This document shows positions 6,807-16,760 of a DNA stretch of 51,814 nt, one piece after another. Both the position numbers and the translations under genes were made by a program. The notes below the pieces were generated by a model that saw only the letters and a program-made list of their open reading frames with translations, did not search any database and had not been told where the DNA came from. The DNA is taken from positions 1-51,814 of the forward strand of contig JAGGVJ010000015.1 in NCBI GenBank assembly GCA_021158055.1, in the 5' to 3' direction. Source of the DNA: Candidatus Iainarchaeum sp. Its GTDB lineage: Archaea > Iainarchaeota > Iainarchaeia > JAGGVJ01. Position 1 is the first letter of the stretch. Every line of letters begins with the position of its first letter.

Positions 6807-9713
6807 ATGGCAATTGATTTTGTTAAAGTTGCTGTCAAGTGGCAGGAGAAGTGGAAAAACGCAAGGGCGTTTGAGTCAGACCCGAGTTCTTCAAAGGAAG
6901 GATATTACATACAGACAGCGTACCCTTACCCTTCCGGAGCGATGCACATCGGCCACGGAAGAACTTACACTGTTCCGGACGCGATTTTGCGGTTCAGGCG
7001 AATGCAGGGCTTTAACACACTTTATCCGATGGGCTGGCACGTGACAGGCACTCCTGTGATTGCCCAGTGCGAGAAAGTGGCTTTGAAAGACAAAAAAACA
7101 ATTGACATAATGACAAGGGTTTTTAAAATCCCGAAGCAGGATCTCAAGATGCTTACAGAGCCGGTGAGCTTTGTGAATTATTTTGTGGACAAGGCTTCGA
7201 CGGGTTACAAGGCAGGGATGAAAAAGCTGGGGATCGGGATTGACTGGAGGCGCGAGTTGAAGACGATTGACCCGCATTACAGCAAGTTTATTTCATGGCA
7301 GTACAACACGCTCAGGAAAAAAGGCCTTGTGATTGCGGGAAAATTCCCGGTCAGGTACTGTCCGCACGACAAAAACGCTGTTGGCGACCACGATTTGAGC
7401 GAGGGGGAAGGGGTCGATATCGTGGAGTACATGGTGTACAGGTTCAGGTGCGGTGACGTGTTCCTTCCTGCCGCGACGCTTCGGCCGGAAACAGTTTTTG
7501 GGGTCACGAACATGTGGCTGAACCCGAAGGAAGATTACGTGGTGGCGTCTGTTTCAGGTGAGGACTGGGTGGTTTCAAGGACCGCTGCGGAAAAATTAAA
7601 GCACCAGCACCCGGAGTCTGAAGTCAAGGTTAAGTCGGATTTTGATGTTTCAAAGATTTTCGGAAAGACATGCAGGAACCCGGTTACAGGCGATGAGGTT
7701 CCGGTTCTTCCCGCGTCTTTTGTAAGCGGGGAGTTTGCAACGGGGGTTGTCATGTCTGTCCCTGCCCATGCCCCGCTTGATTTCATGGCTGTTGAGGATT
7801 TGAAAAAGGACTCTTCGCTGCTTGAAAAGTTCGGCGTTGACAAGAGTGTGGTTTTAGGGATCAAGCCGGTTGCGCTTATAAAAGTTGAGGGTTACGGCGA
7901 GTTTCCCGCAGTTGATGTGTGTATGCGTCTTAAGGTATTTTCGCAAGACGATCCCAGGTGTGAGGATGCGACAAACGAGATTTACAAAAAAGAGTTTCAC
8001 ACAGGTGTGCTGAATGAGCGGACCGGGAAGTTCAGGGATATTCCTGTTTCAAAGGCAAAGGCGGTGCTTTCAGCCGAGTTCAGGAAAGAAAATTTGATAG
8101 GTTCGTTTTTCGAGCTTTCGGCAAGGCCGGTGACTTGCAGGTGCGGCACTGAAGTGGTGGTCAAGATCCTTGACAACCAGTGGTTTGTGAAGTATTCTGA
8201 CGAAAAGTGGAAGAAAGAAGTCAGAGACCAGATTTCTTCAATGCAGTTTGTTCCGAAAGATTTCAAATCAAGCTTTGATTATACTGTCGGCTGGCTGGAG
8301 AACAAGCCTTGTGCAAGGCAGAAAGGGCTTGGAACTCCAATTCCCTGGGACCCTGATTGGATTGTAGAGCCCCTTGGTGATTCAACCATCTATATGGCTT
8401 ACTTTACCTTGTCTCACATAGTAAAAGAGCTGGATTCCGGGAAACTTGACGATACTGTGTTTGATTTCGTGTTCCTGAAAAAAGGGGATGCAGGTGAAAT
8501 CTCAAAAAGGACTTCAGTTCCGGCTGAAAAGCTTCTTGAGATGCAGGAATCGTTTGATTACTGGTACCCGCTCAGGTTTAATTGTTCTGCAAATGAGCTT
8601 GTGCAAAACCACATGTCTTACTCTATTTTCCAGCACACGGCAATTTTCCCGAAAGGAAAAAGGCAAAACGGGGAGCTTGTGCTTGGAATGGGTCTTTTGG
8701 AGGGAAAGAAGATGAGCTCTTCAAAGGGAAACGTAATTCTTATCGATGACATTGCCGGTTCAATGGGTGCTGACATGGTGCGGTTTTTCCTGTTGAATAT
8801 GGTTGAGCCGTGGCAGGATTTTGACTGGAGGCAAAGGGCTGTTGAGAAGTCAATGAGGGGTGTTCAGGCGTTTTTCAGCGAGGTGCATGAAATTGCTTTG
8901 TCTGTTTCGGATGCAAAAAAGATCGCTGAAGTCGACCTGGAAAGCGATGATTTGTGGATCCTTTCAAAAATCAACAGGAGCCTGAAAAACGCAACGGTGG
9001 CTTTTGAGGCGTTTGAGGTCAGGAAAGCGATTATGTCTGTGTTTTTTGATATGTCAAGGGATTTCAGGATTTACATGGAAAAATCAGTTTCAAGGTCAGA
9101 CACGGAAACTGTTCTGGCAGTGAAAAGATATTTTGCTGATGTTTGGGTTCGTGCCATTGCGCCGGTCACCCCTCACGTGTGCGAGGAGATATGGAGCGCT
9201 CTTGGAAACGATTCTTTTGTGATTGATGCCGCGTGGCCGGAATGCGAACAGGGCTTAATCAACGATGCGATTGAAAAAAGCGTTGAGCTTGTTGAAACTG
9301 TCATTAGTGACATCAAGAATATCTGTGAAATCACCGGCAACCAAAACTTGAAGAAAGCAGTTGTTTTTGTGTCCCAGAAATGGAAGTGGCTTGTGGTAAA
9401 GGAGGCAATGAAGCTTACGACTGAAAAGTTTGATTCGGGAAAGGTAATTTCAGAGGTGATGAAAAACCCTGTTGTGAGAGCCAACGGCAATCAGGTTCCA
9501 AAGTTTGTCCAGTTGATTGCAAAGTCGATTCACGAGTTAAAGGAAACTCTTGTTGAGGTCGACGAGTTTGAAGTCCTTTCAGGCCAGGCAGATTACATTT
9601 CAGAGCAAATCGGCTGCAAGCTAATCGTTGAGTCCGGCGAAAACCCGTCTTTTGATCCTCTTGGCAAAGCAAAGAACGCAAAACCCATGAAACCCGCGAT
9701 ATATCTTGAGTGA
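6807..9713 (+). CDS. leuS: Leucine--tRNA ligase (archaeal type)
   Basis: AYPYPSGAMHIGH, ATLRPET, GVVMSVPAHAP, KMSSSKGN, KPAIYLE. Confidence 0.97.
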   Translation: MAIDFVKVAVKWQEKWKNARAFESDPSSSKEGYYIQTAYPYPSGAMHIGHGRTYTVPDAILRFRRMQGFNTLYPMGWHVTGTPVIAQCEKVALKDKKTIDIMTRVFKIPKQDLKMLTEPVSFVNYFVDKASTGYKAGMKKLGIGIDWRRELKTIDPHYSKFISWQYNTLRKKGLVIAGKFPVRYCPHDKNAVGDHDLSEGEGVDIVEYMVYRFRCGDVFLPAATLRPETVFGVTNMWLNPKEDYVVASVSGEDWVVSRTAAEKLKHQHPESEVKVKSDFDVSKIFGKTCRNPVTGDEVPVLPASFVSGEFATGVVMSVPAHAPLDFMAVEDLKKDSSLLEKFGVDKSVVLGIKPVALIKVEGYGEFPAVDVCMRLKVFSQDDPRCEDATNEIYKKEFHTGVLNERTGKFRDIPVSKAKAVLSAEFRKENLIGSFFELSARPVTCRCGTEVVVKILDNQWFVKYSDEKWKKEVRDQISSMQFVPKDFKSSFDYTVGWLENKPCARQKGLGTPIPWDPDWIVEPLGDSTIYMAYFTLSHIVKELDSGKLDDTVFDFVFLKKGDAGEISKRTSVPAEKLLEMQESFDYWYPLRFNCSANELVQNHMSYSIFQHTAIFPKGKRQNGELVLGMGLLEGKKMSSSKGNVILIDDIAGSMGADMVRFFLLNMVEPWQDFDWRQRAVEKSMRGVQAFFSEVHEIALSVSDAKKIAEVDLESDDLWILSKINRSLKNATVAFEAFEVRKAIMSVFFDMSRDFRIYMEKSVSRSDTETVLAVKRYFADVWVRAIAPVTPHVCEEIWSALGNDSFVIDAAWPECEQGLINDAIEKSVELVETVISDIKNICEITGNQNLKKAVVFVSQKWKWLVVKEAMKLTTEKFDSGKVISEVMKNPVVRANGNQVPKFVQLIAKSIHELKETLVEVDEFEVLSGQADYISEQIGCKLIVESGENPSFDPLGKAKNAKPMKPAIYLE

Positions 9714-9838
9714 AGCATGTATTGTGCCTGAAGTGGATTTTGTTTTTAGTAATTTGACTGCTTTTATGTTACTATCGGGCAGTTGCGACTTTATTTTTAA
9801 AGGTTACTTTTAAATAATCAAATTCATTTAACTTATCT

Positions 9839-11779
9839 ATGTTTGATTTATTCAAGTCGTCAGAGGAAAAGCCATTGCATTCTTTGCCGAAAAACAAAGA
9901 AAAACAGTTGAGCAAGGCAAGTTCTCTGGAGGAAAAGGCGGATGGTATTGAAAAGTCGCTTGAGTCGGATTTGATGAAGTTCAAGGGGATTGTAAAAAGC
10001 CTTGAAAAAGAACTTGACACGCGCAGTTCACGCATTAATTTTCTTGAGTCAAAAATTTCACGGATGGTTGAAAAAAAAGAGTTTAATTCAGCGCTTGCAA
10101 AGTTGAAGGCATTGAAAGGTGAACTTGATTCAACCAGTGCTTCTCTGGCTTCCAAAGAAGAAAAATTCAAAAAGCAGGTTGCAATGCTTAACAAGGCAGT
10201 TTCTGTCTTGAAAACCGAGAAGGTTGAATCGGAAGTTTCTTTGAAACAAGACCTTAAAGATTCAGGCAGTAAAGTAAAGAAGTTCAGTTCGGAACTGGAA
10301 GATCTTAAGTTGGAGTTTGATGAGTTGCAGGACAATTTCATGAAAACTTCTGAAAAGAACAGGGAGTTAAAGGAAAAACTTGACGAACTTAGCTCTTTGG
10401 TTTCGGTGAAGGAAAAAGAAACTTCTGATTTTAAAAAACAAAAGGAACGCGAGTTTAATCAGGCGAAAAATGCGTTGAGGTCTTCTTTTGAGGAGAGTTT
10501 TTCAAAGAAGGAAGGGCTTCTTGTTGAAAAGTTAGGGAATGAGAGAAAGCAGCTTGAAAGAGAAATGGAAGCGAAGAAGTCCAGGGTTGATTCTTTGCTT
10601 TTGTCTGAAAAAAAGCGTGTTTCTGAGTTGAAAGCGGAGTTGTCAAGGGTTGTCAGTGAAAAAGACGGGGAGATTTCCGCGATTCTCGAGGAAAAGGATA
10701 ATCTGGAAAAAGAGATTTCTGCAGGGTTAAATGAGAAGAACCGCAAAAAAATTGAAGGGTTAAACAGTAAAATTGATGAATTTGCCGGGTTAAAATCAGG
10801 GCTTGAGTCAAAAGTAAGCGAATTAAATAAACAGTTGAAATTTGCAGGGGATTCCCTTGAAAAGCAAAAACGCGCAATTACTTCTCATTACGAAAGCGAG
10901 TTGCATTTAGTGAACAGGCAGCTTGCAAAACTTTCCTCTGATTTTAATGCAGCGGATGAAAAGTCCGCTGAACTTGAAGAATTCAACAATTCCTTAAAAC
11001 AACAGGTCAGGGAATCTGCTTCCGCGTTAAACGATGCAAAATCCCACATGGCAAAAGTTGAAAAAGAAGCTGCGGAAAAAATCGCGTTGATTGAAAAGTC
11101 TTCAAAGTCAGAGCTTTTAAAGACAAAAAAAGCACTTGAAACAGAAAACAAAAGGCTTGTTTTCAGAAACCATGATGTTGAAAAACAGCTTGTTGAACTT
11201 GCTTCAAAGAACAGTGTTTTGATTTCTGAGCTTCAGAGAAAAAACGACAATTTGCAGTCCAGGCTTTCAAGCATGGCAAGTGAAGATTTTGCCCTGAAAA
11301 AACAGCTTTCAGACTTGCATTCGAGGTTTTCTGAGGAGAAAAATGAAAGCATGGTTTTTCACAGGGAATTTGATTCTTCAACTAGACAACTGCACGGTGA
11401 AATTGAAAATTTCCGCGCGAAATGCACTGGGTTAAACAAAAAACTTGCCGCGGAAAAAGAATCATTCAGGCAGAAAGAGGCAAAGATTAGGCAGGAAGTA
11501 AGAAGCATTGTTGAAAGCGAGTTTGCTTCAAAAATAAATGCTCTCGAGAAACAAAAAACCAGGCTTTTGAATGGAAACTCAAACATTGCTGAAAAATTAA
11601 CGGAAAGTGAAAACAATCTTTTGAAAAGCAAATTAAAGATAAAAGAAACCAAGGTTCTTCTTGGAGAAACAGCAAAAGAAAACGATTCGTTGAGAAATCT
11701 TCTTGATGAAAAGGACGCGACGATTGGAAGGATAGAAAAACAAATTGAGATGATCGAAAACCATCTCAACCAGCTTTAA
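9839..11779 (+). CDS. Long coiled-coil protein (no ATPase motifs)
   Basis: 646 aa K/E/L/S-rich heptad pattern, no Walker motifs or TM segment. Confidence 0.8.
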   Translation: MFDLFKSSEEKPLHSLPKNKEKQLSKASSLEEKADGIEKSLESDLMKFKGIVKSLEKELDTRSSRINFLESKISRMVEKKEFNSALAKLKALKGELDSTSASLASKEEKFKKQVAMLNKAVSVLKTEKVESEVSLKQDLKDSGSKVKKFSSELEDLKLEFDELQDNFMKTSEKNRELKEKLDELSSLVSVKEKETSDFKKQKEREFNQAKNALRSSFEESFSKKEGLLVEKLGNERKQLEREMEAKKSRVDSLLLSEKKRVSELKAELSRVVSEKDGEISAILEEKDNLEKEISAGLNEKNRKKIEGLNSKIDEFAGLKSGLESKVSELNKQLKFAGDSLEKQKRAITSHYESELHLVNRQLAKLSSDFNAADEKSAELEEFNNSLKQQVRESASALNDAKSHMAKVEKEAAEKIALIEKSSKSELLKTKKALETENKRLVFRNHDVEKQLVELASKNSVLISELQRKNDNLQSRLSSMASEDFALKKQLSDLHSRFSEEKNESMVFHREFDSSTRQLHGEIENFRAKCTGLNKKLAAEKESFRQKEAKIRQEVRSIVESEFASKINALEKQKTRLLNGNSNIAEKLTESENNLLKSKLKIKETKVLLGETAKENDSLRNLLDEKDATIGRIEKQIEMIENHLNQL

Positions 11780-11831
11780 TATTTTTACACAGCACCTGCG
11801 CTTGCTCTGGGATTTTTAACTGCCCTGTATG

Positions 11832-12833
11832 TTATTTTGGGTATTTGATCAGCTGGTTGTCGAGGAATATCTTTGGTCTGTTCACTATCATGTCCGCGTG
11901 AATCGGCGAAGAGTTCTGCCCCCCGAAAGCAGTGTTGTTCCCGAGTGCAAAGTGGCAGGTTCCAAGCACTTTTTCATCAATCAGCGTGTTCCCGATGATG
12001 TTTGCCTTTTCATTGAGGCCGATTCCGAGCTCTGCTATGCAATAAACCGACTTGTCGTTGTTTCCCCCTGCTTTTTCAAGCTCGCCTGCAAGGAGCTGCG
12101 CGTCGGACCCGCCTGAAATGTCAACTACAAAACCGTCTTTTACTGTGAATTCCACGGGTTCGCTGACTCTTTTTCTCCCGGACAGGTAATTTATTGTTGT
12201 GTCAATCACTATTTTTCCGTTTGTTTTTGTTTCAAGCGGGGCGATGTATGCTTCTCCGCCGGGCAGGTTTGTGCCTGCGTTGAACGTTTTCACAAGCCCG
12301 CTTGAAACAAAGCCGTTTCTTCCTGAAATGTCAAGCGACACGTCTGTCCCGCAATCTGTTTTTACGTGTGCTGAATCCGCCTTTGTGAGCTGTTCCGCAA
12401 CATGCACGCAGTTTTCGTGCATTTTGCTGTGGTCGATGTCAATTGCTTCAAAAAACGCATTTGTTTTTCCAAAGTAGTAGTCAAGGCTTGTGATGCTTAA
12501 AAAAATCTTGTGTCTGTTGTAAAGGTAGGTTTTGATCCCGTCTCCAAGCGCACTTTTTATTTTCCCGATTGAGTTTGACATGAGCGATATAACGATGTCA
12601 TGGTTTTTTTGCACTGCGTCTACAACCTGAACCTCTGTTTTTTCATATGGTTTTTTTGCTGTCTGGCTTGTGGTTTCAATGCTTTTGACCTTGGTTGAGA
12701 CGGTTGAGCAGAACAGTTCGCAGAGCTCTTTTGAAAAGTCGCCGTTGTCGCTGATTATCAGCGCGTTTGTGTCTTTGGTCAACCCGCAGCATTCGTCAAT
12801 TACGTTGTTTATGATTTTTTGCTTTGATTCCAT
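11832..12833 (-). CDS. M29-family (aminopeptidase T/II-like) metalloaminopeptidase
   Basis: NLPGGEAYIAP, IAELGIGLN, DEKVLGTCHFALG, IHAD. Confidence 0.88.
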   Translation of the reverse strand: MESKQKIINNVIDECCGLTKDTNALIISDNGDFSKELCELFCSTVSTKVKSIETTSQTAKKPYEKTEVQVVDAVQKNHDIVISLMSNSIGKIKSALGDGIKTYLYNRHKIFLSITSLDYYFGKTNAFFEAIDIDHSKMHENCVHVAEQLTKADSAHVKTDCGTDVSLDISGRNGFVSSGLVKTFNAGTNLPGGEAYIAPLETKTNGKIVIDTTINYLSGRKRVSEPVEFTVKDGFVVDISGGSDAQLLAGELEKAGGNNDKSVYCIAELGIGLNEKANIIGNTLIDEKVLGTCHFALGNNTAFGGQNSSPIHADMIVNRPKIFLDNQLIKYPK

Positions 12834-12848
12834 TGAAATCACCTTTTT

Positions 12849-13838
12849 TTAAAAGAGTTTTTTGGCGTGTTTGTAATCTGTTTTTGTGTTCGATCTTAAG
12901 CTTGTGCTTGATATCTTTTGTCCGTCTTTGTCGGTGGTGTAAGGCAAAATGATGTATGTGAGTTCAAAAAGGTTGTTTTTTTTCCTGATTTCGTTTATTT
13001 TTACTGCGTTTTCAAGGGTTTCTTCGGTCACAACAATGGCATCCCCTGTTTCTGCAGACGGCCCTTTAAAGTCAGCAAGTTCAACTATTTCAAAGTTTGC
13101 CTTGATAGAGTTCAGGTAATCAAAGACGTGTTTTTTCCTGGTTTCAAATTCTTCAATTGATTCTCCGAACTGCTTTTTTCCGGCCATTTTGTTGTTTGTG
13201 ATTCCGACCAAGAGCTTTTTTCCGTAGTAACTGCTTTTTTTCAGGAAAAACTCGTGTCCTTTGTGCAGGCGGTCAAAAGTGCCGCCGATTGTGACGAGGT
13301 CAAAGCGTTCTTTTTTCATTTTTGAAAAAATGCCCCTGCATTTTTCTTTGGTGTTTTTGTCTGCGAAAAGGTAGCTTATTCCCCTGCCGGGAAGCCCGTA
13401 GACGATTATGTCCTGTTTGTCTGCAAGAATGACTGCTGGTATCACAAGCAGATCTTCTTCGCCGTGAACGAAAACGGATTCGTTTTTGCCGCTGTTTATT
13501 GCTTTTTCAAGAACATTCCATGTTTCTTCCGTGATGCTTGCGGGCGGGTTTTCCAGTTCCAGGGTAAAGGGAAGCGAGTTTTTTGCTTTGTTCCTTGCGG
13601 TTCTTCCGTCAAACACCTTGACTTGCCCGTCAAAAGCGCCGCTTACTTCGTCTCCGATGCAGATGAGTTTTCTGTAAGCTGTCTTTGAAAGAATTTTTTT
13701 GAATTTTTCAGTGACTTCTTTTTCGCTTCCTTCAATGATGTGCCCTATTGATTCTTTCAGGCTGCTCCGAAGCTCGTTTGTAAGAAAGCGTGTTTGTTTC
13801 CCGCTGGTTTTGCTTTGTTGTTCCATCGGTTTCATCAT
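12849..13838 (-). CDS. Fused GTP-dependent dephospho-CoA kinase (DUF359) + archaeal phosphopantetheine adenylyltransferase
   Basis: N-half IGDEVS, FDGRTAR, NPPASIT, GEEDLL, VYGLPGRG; C-half GGTFDRLHKGH, VVTEET, KISSTSLR. Confidence 0.9.
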   Translation of the reverse strand: MMKPMEQQSKTSGKQTRFLTNELRSSLKESIGHIIEGSEKEVTEKFKKILSKTAYRKLICIGDEVSGAFDGQVKVFDGRTARNKAKNSLPFTLELENPPASITEETWNVLEKAINSGKNESVFVHGEEDLLVIPAVILADKQDIIVYGLPGRGISYLFADKNTKEKCRGIFSKMKKERFDLVTIGGTFDRLHKGHEFFLKKSSYYGKKLLVGITNNKMAGKKQFGESIEEFETRKKHVFDYLNSIKANFEIVELADFKGPSAETGDAIVVTEETLENAVKINEIRKKNNLFELTYIILPYTTDKDGQKISSTSLRSNTKTDYKHAKKLF

Positions 13839-13925
13839 ATGTAAATTACCCGTGATTGTTTAAATATTTCGTGATTTTCGGTGCAGTGAAAGAGGCATTG
13901 GGGCGAGTGCGGGTTTTAGAAGAAG

Positions 13926-13999
13926 AGCCTCGAGGGAGATTCGAACTCCCGACCTGCTGATTACGAGTCAGCCGCTATACCGAGCTAAGCTATCGAGGC
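13926..13999 (-). tRNA. tRNA-Thr(CGT)
   Basis: Cloverleaf GCCTCGA..TCGAGGC, anticodon arm GCTGA-CTCGTAA-TCAGC, TTCGAAT loop. Confidence 0.96.
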
Positions 14000-14065
14000 A
14001 TAGTGTCTAATTGGTAAGGATTGTTTATTATTTTTTCGATATTTGATTGTTATATGCCTTGTTTT

Positions 14066-16081
14066 TCATTCCGCGTAGTAGCAGACGGAATAGCGGTATC
14101 CTTTGTCAAACAGTTCGTTTAAGTAGTTTTCAAGGGCTTTGGGGGTGACCACCGCTTTTATTTCCATTGATTCTTTTTGCCCTTCGTCTTTGATTTTTGT
14201 TGTCTTGAATTCTGAGAACATGTGTGCTGAAGGTGAGTAGTATTCAAGGTCGCCTATTTTTTCAGTTGATATCAGGTTTTTTTCTGCGAGTTCTTTTATT
14301 GAATCTTCAAATTCTTTGTCTTCCAGTTCCGCTAACAGGCGCAAGGTTTTTTCTGAGAGCCCGTCGTTTTTTATCAAAAGGGAAAAGATTGTTCTTGAGT
14401 TTTTTTCAAGCGATGCCACAACGCTGCTTTTTATTTTTCCTTCTTTGAAGACGAGTTCTCCGCTGCATGCGTCGACCAGGAATATTTTTTCGTTTAGCTC
14501 AACTTTAAAAAACGGTTTGAGTTTTGTGTAGTTTTTCGGGGTTTCTTTGTTTATGAGAGAGATTGTTTTTGAAGAAGGTGTTTTGTCTCCCTGTTTTCCC
14601 CCTTTCTTTGGTTTTTGCAGTTTTTCAGGAACAAAGTGCATGTTGAGCATTTTTACTGCTGCTCCCCCGTGCTCGGTTTTTCTTGTCCGCACGTTTACGG
14701 TCAAAGGTATTTCAACTATTTCCCCCGCAAGTATCGCGTTTCCCACAGAAAGCGATTTTATCCTGTCCATCAGGTCGCTTGAGAACCCTTCAAGTGACTG
14801 GGAAACTGCTTTCAGGTCGTTTGGGTTTCGCATTTTGAGTATGAACTGGGAGTTGCATTGCGAAAGCACGTTTTTGTCGATTCTTGCAGGCCTTTGCGTG
14901 ATCACTGCAAGGCCCAGCCCGAATTTTCTCCCTTCGCTTGCGATGTTCCGGATTATTGTGGAAGAGCACACTTCCCCGAAGCTTCTTTCAGGGCAGAAGT
15001 TGTGGGCTTCTTCAATCACGAGAAGCATCGGCGGTATTATTCCTTGTTTTCTTAGCAGGAATATCTGGTTGAGCAATTTGTAGGCGATTATCTGCTGTAT
15101 TTGAGGCCTTTCCCCTTTGAGGTTCAGGACAGTCATTTGTTTTGGTTTTATGATTTCTTCCATCGGGGTGGGTTTTGTTGAGAAGAACCCGAGGTCTTCT
15201 ATTTCCTGGATTGCGCCGATTAAGCTCCATTTTATGGATGATTCGTTTTCCTCGATTCGTTTCAGCACGTCGTTTAATGAGTAGTCGTTTGGCTCTTTTT
15301 TGAGGTCGTTTATTGCCTCGTAAAGCATCCCTATCTGGTTGTTGCTCATTTTAATTGGGAGCATGTCAAGTATTTCTTTTGAGGAAAGGTTTTTGCCGTC
15401 AATGTTCAGCTGTTCACCGCTTCCCATTGAAAAACAGTATTCTTTGATCCCTTTGTATGCTTTTCTGCTCACTCCGTATCTTTTCATCTGGATGTTTTCG
15501 TTTTTGTCATTGTTTTCCATTGAAAGGGAAGTGTATTCGCCGTGCGGGTCAATGACCACTATTGGGATTCCTTTGTCCATTATTTCTTCGAGAATGACTC
15601 CTGAAAGGTATGACTTGCCTGAACCGCTCATTGCAAGTATTGAAAAATGTTTGGTGATCAGTTTTTCTGCTTCCAGGAATACTTGTATGTCGTTGTGCCC
15701 TTCAAGGAGCCCGATGTACAGGCTGTCGTTTTTTTGTTTTGAGAGACCGAGAATTGATATTATGAGTTCCCTGTTTGCTTTGTAAGTGGTTGATCCGGGT
15801 TTGAACGGGACAAGCGGTTTTTTGAGGAGGTTTCTTTCGTCGCGGTAGCCGATTATTTTTGCAGTGCATGTTACGTCGTCGCTTGAGTTCAAGGTGCTTG
15901 AAGCTGTTCTGGTTATGTCTTTTACTTGGCACAGCACCCACCCGCAGTCTTCGGAGTGCACTTTCAGAAAGTCGTTTTGTTTTATTTTGCTGTCGCAGTG
16001 TATTTTTACTGTGAAGTCATTTCCGGTTACTTTGCTTGTAACCTCTCCGATTTCACCCGGCAAAGAAGTCAGTTTTTGCAT
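14066..16081 (-). CDS. HerA/DUF87-family ATPase with HAS-barrel N-terminus and C-terminal extension
   Basis: AMSGSGKS Walker A, IDPHGEY, IEEAHNF, EGRKFG, TQRPA. Confidence 0.9.
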   Translation of the reverse strand: MQKLTSLPGEIGEVTSKVTGNDFTVKIHCDSKIKQNDFLKVHSEDCGWVLCQVKDITRTASSTLNSSDDVTCTAKIIGYRDERNLLKKPLVPFKPGSTTYKANRELIISILGLSKQKNDSLYIGLLEGHNDIQVFLEAEKLITKHFSILAMSGSGKSYLSGVILEEIMDKGIPIVVIDPHGEYTSLSMENNDKNENIQMKRYGVSRKAYKGIKEYCFSMGSGEQLNIDGKNLSSKEILDMLPIKMSNNQIGMLYEAINDLKKEPNDYSLNDVLKRIEENESSIKWSLIGAIQEIEDLGFFSTKPTPMEEIIKPKQMTVLNLKGERPQIQQIIAYKLLNQIFLLRKQGIIPPMLLVIEEAHNFCPERSFGEVCSSTIIRNIASEGRKFGLGLAVITQRPARIDKNVLSQCNSQFILKMRNPNDLKAVSQSLEGFSSDLMDRIKSLSVGNAILAGEIVEIPLTVNVRTRKTEHGGAAVKMLNMHFVPEKLQKPKKGGKQGDKTPSSKTISLINKETPKNYTKLKPFFKVELNEKIFLVDACSGELVFKEGKIKSSVVASLEKNSRTIFSLLIKNDGLSEKTLRLLAELEDKEFEDSIKELAEKNLISTEKIGDLEYYSPSAHMFSEFKTTKIKDEGQKESMEIKAVVTPKALENYLNELFDKGYRYSVCYYAE

Positions 16082-16455
16082 GTTATTTTCCTTTATAAAT
16101 TTTATTTTCTTTTATAAATTAGTCTGCTTAAATGCAGTTTTAGTTTTATTGATTAAGTTGCTGGTTTCGGCCTGTCGCGTGCAAATCTGTTAGTTAAAGT
16201 TTGTGTTGTTCATATGTTTGCACTATACTCATATGTTGGCGTTCCTTATTTAATATTTAGTTTTGTTTTTTATAAACTGTTTGTTTTTTATTGGTTAATA
16301 AGGTGTGTTGACGTGGTTTTTGTCGCCTTTATCTGCCTGTAAAATGCCTGTGAAGTGGCGGGATTTAAAAGGACAGGCAATAAGTTATTATTTTTTGGCG
16401 TTGTATTTTTTAAGATGTTTTTGTTTGGGGTGGTTTTTTGAAGTTGATAGACGGA

Positions 16456-16692
16456 ATGAAAATGGTTGAAGTTTTGAAAAAGTTTATGCAAAGCAAAGTT
16501 CATGAAGTTGATATTTCGCTTTCTGACGGCCAGAATCTCAGGTTAGTGAATGTTTCAAATTACTGGTTTTTAGATGATGCTTTTGTTTACGAGTCCAGGA
16601 TGGACCGTGAGATAAACTGGCTTTATATGGTCCCATACAATCATATTGTTTTTGTAAGGGCAACGGAAAGCAAGCCAATACGAAAGAAGTAA
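16456..16692 (+). CDS. Small hypothetical protein
   Basis: 78-aa ORF with plausible composition, followed by a hairpin. Confidence 0.6.
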   Translation: MKMVEVLKKFMQSKVHEVDISLSDGQNLRLVNVSNYWFLDDAFVYESRMDREINWLYMVPYNHIVFVRATESKPIRKK

Positions 16693-16728
16693 TTTTGGGT
16701 TTGTTTTTTATATTCTTAAAAAAAGAGT

Positions 16729-16757
16729 GAAGGGGGGCTTAAAGCCCCCTTCTTTTT
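16729..16757. terminator. Hairpin between convergent genes
   Basis: GAAGGGGG(G)CT / AGCCCCCTTC stem followed by T-run; A-rich run on the other side. Confidence 0.6.
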
Positions 16758-16760
16758 AGT

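Noticed and set aside
8700-8735. KMSSS instead of KMSKS in LeuRS
   Set aside because: Ordinary variant of the class I motif
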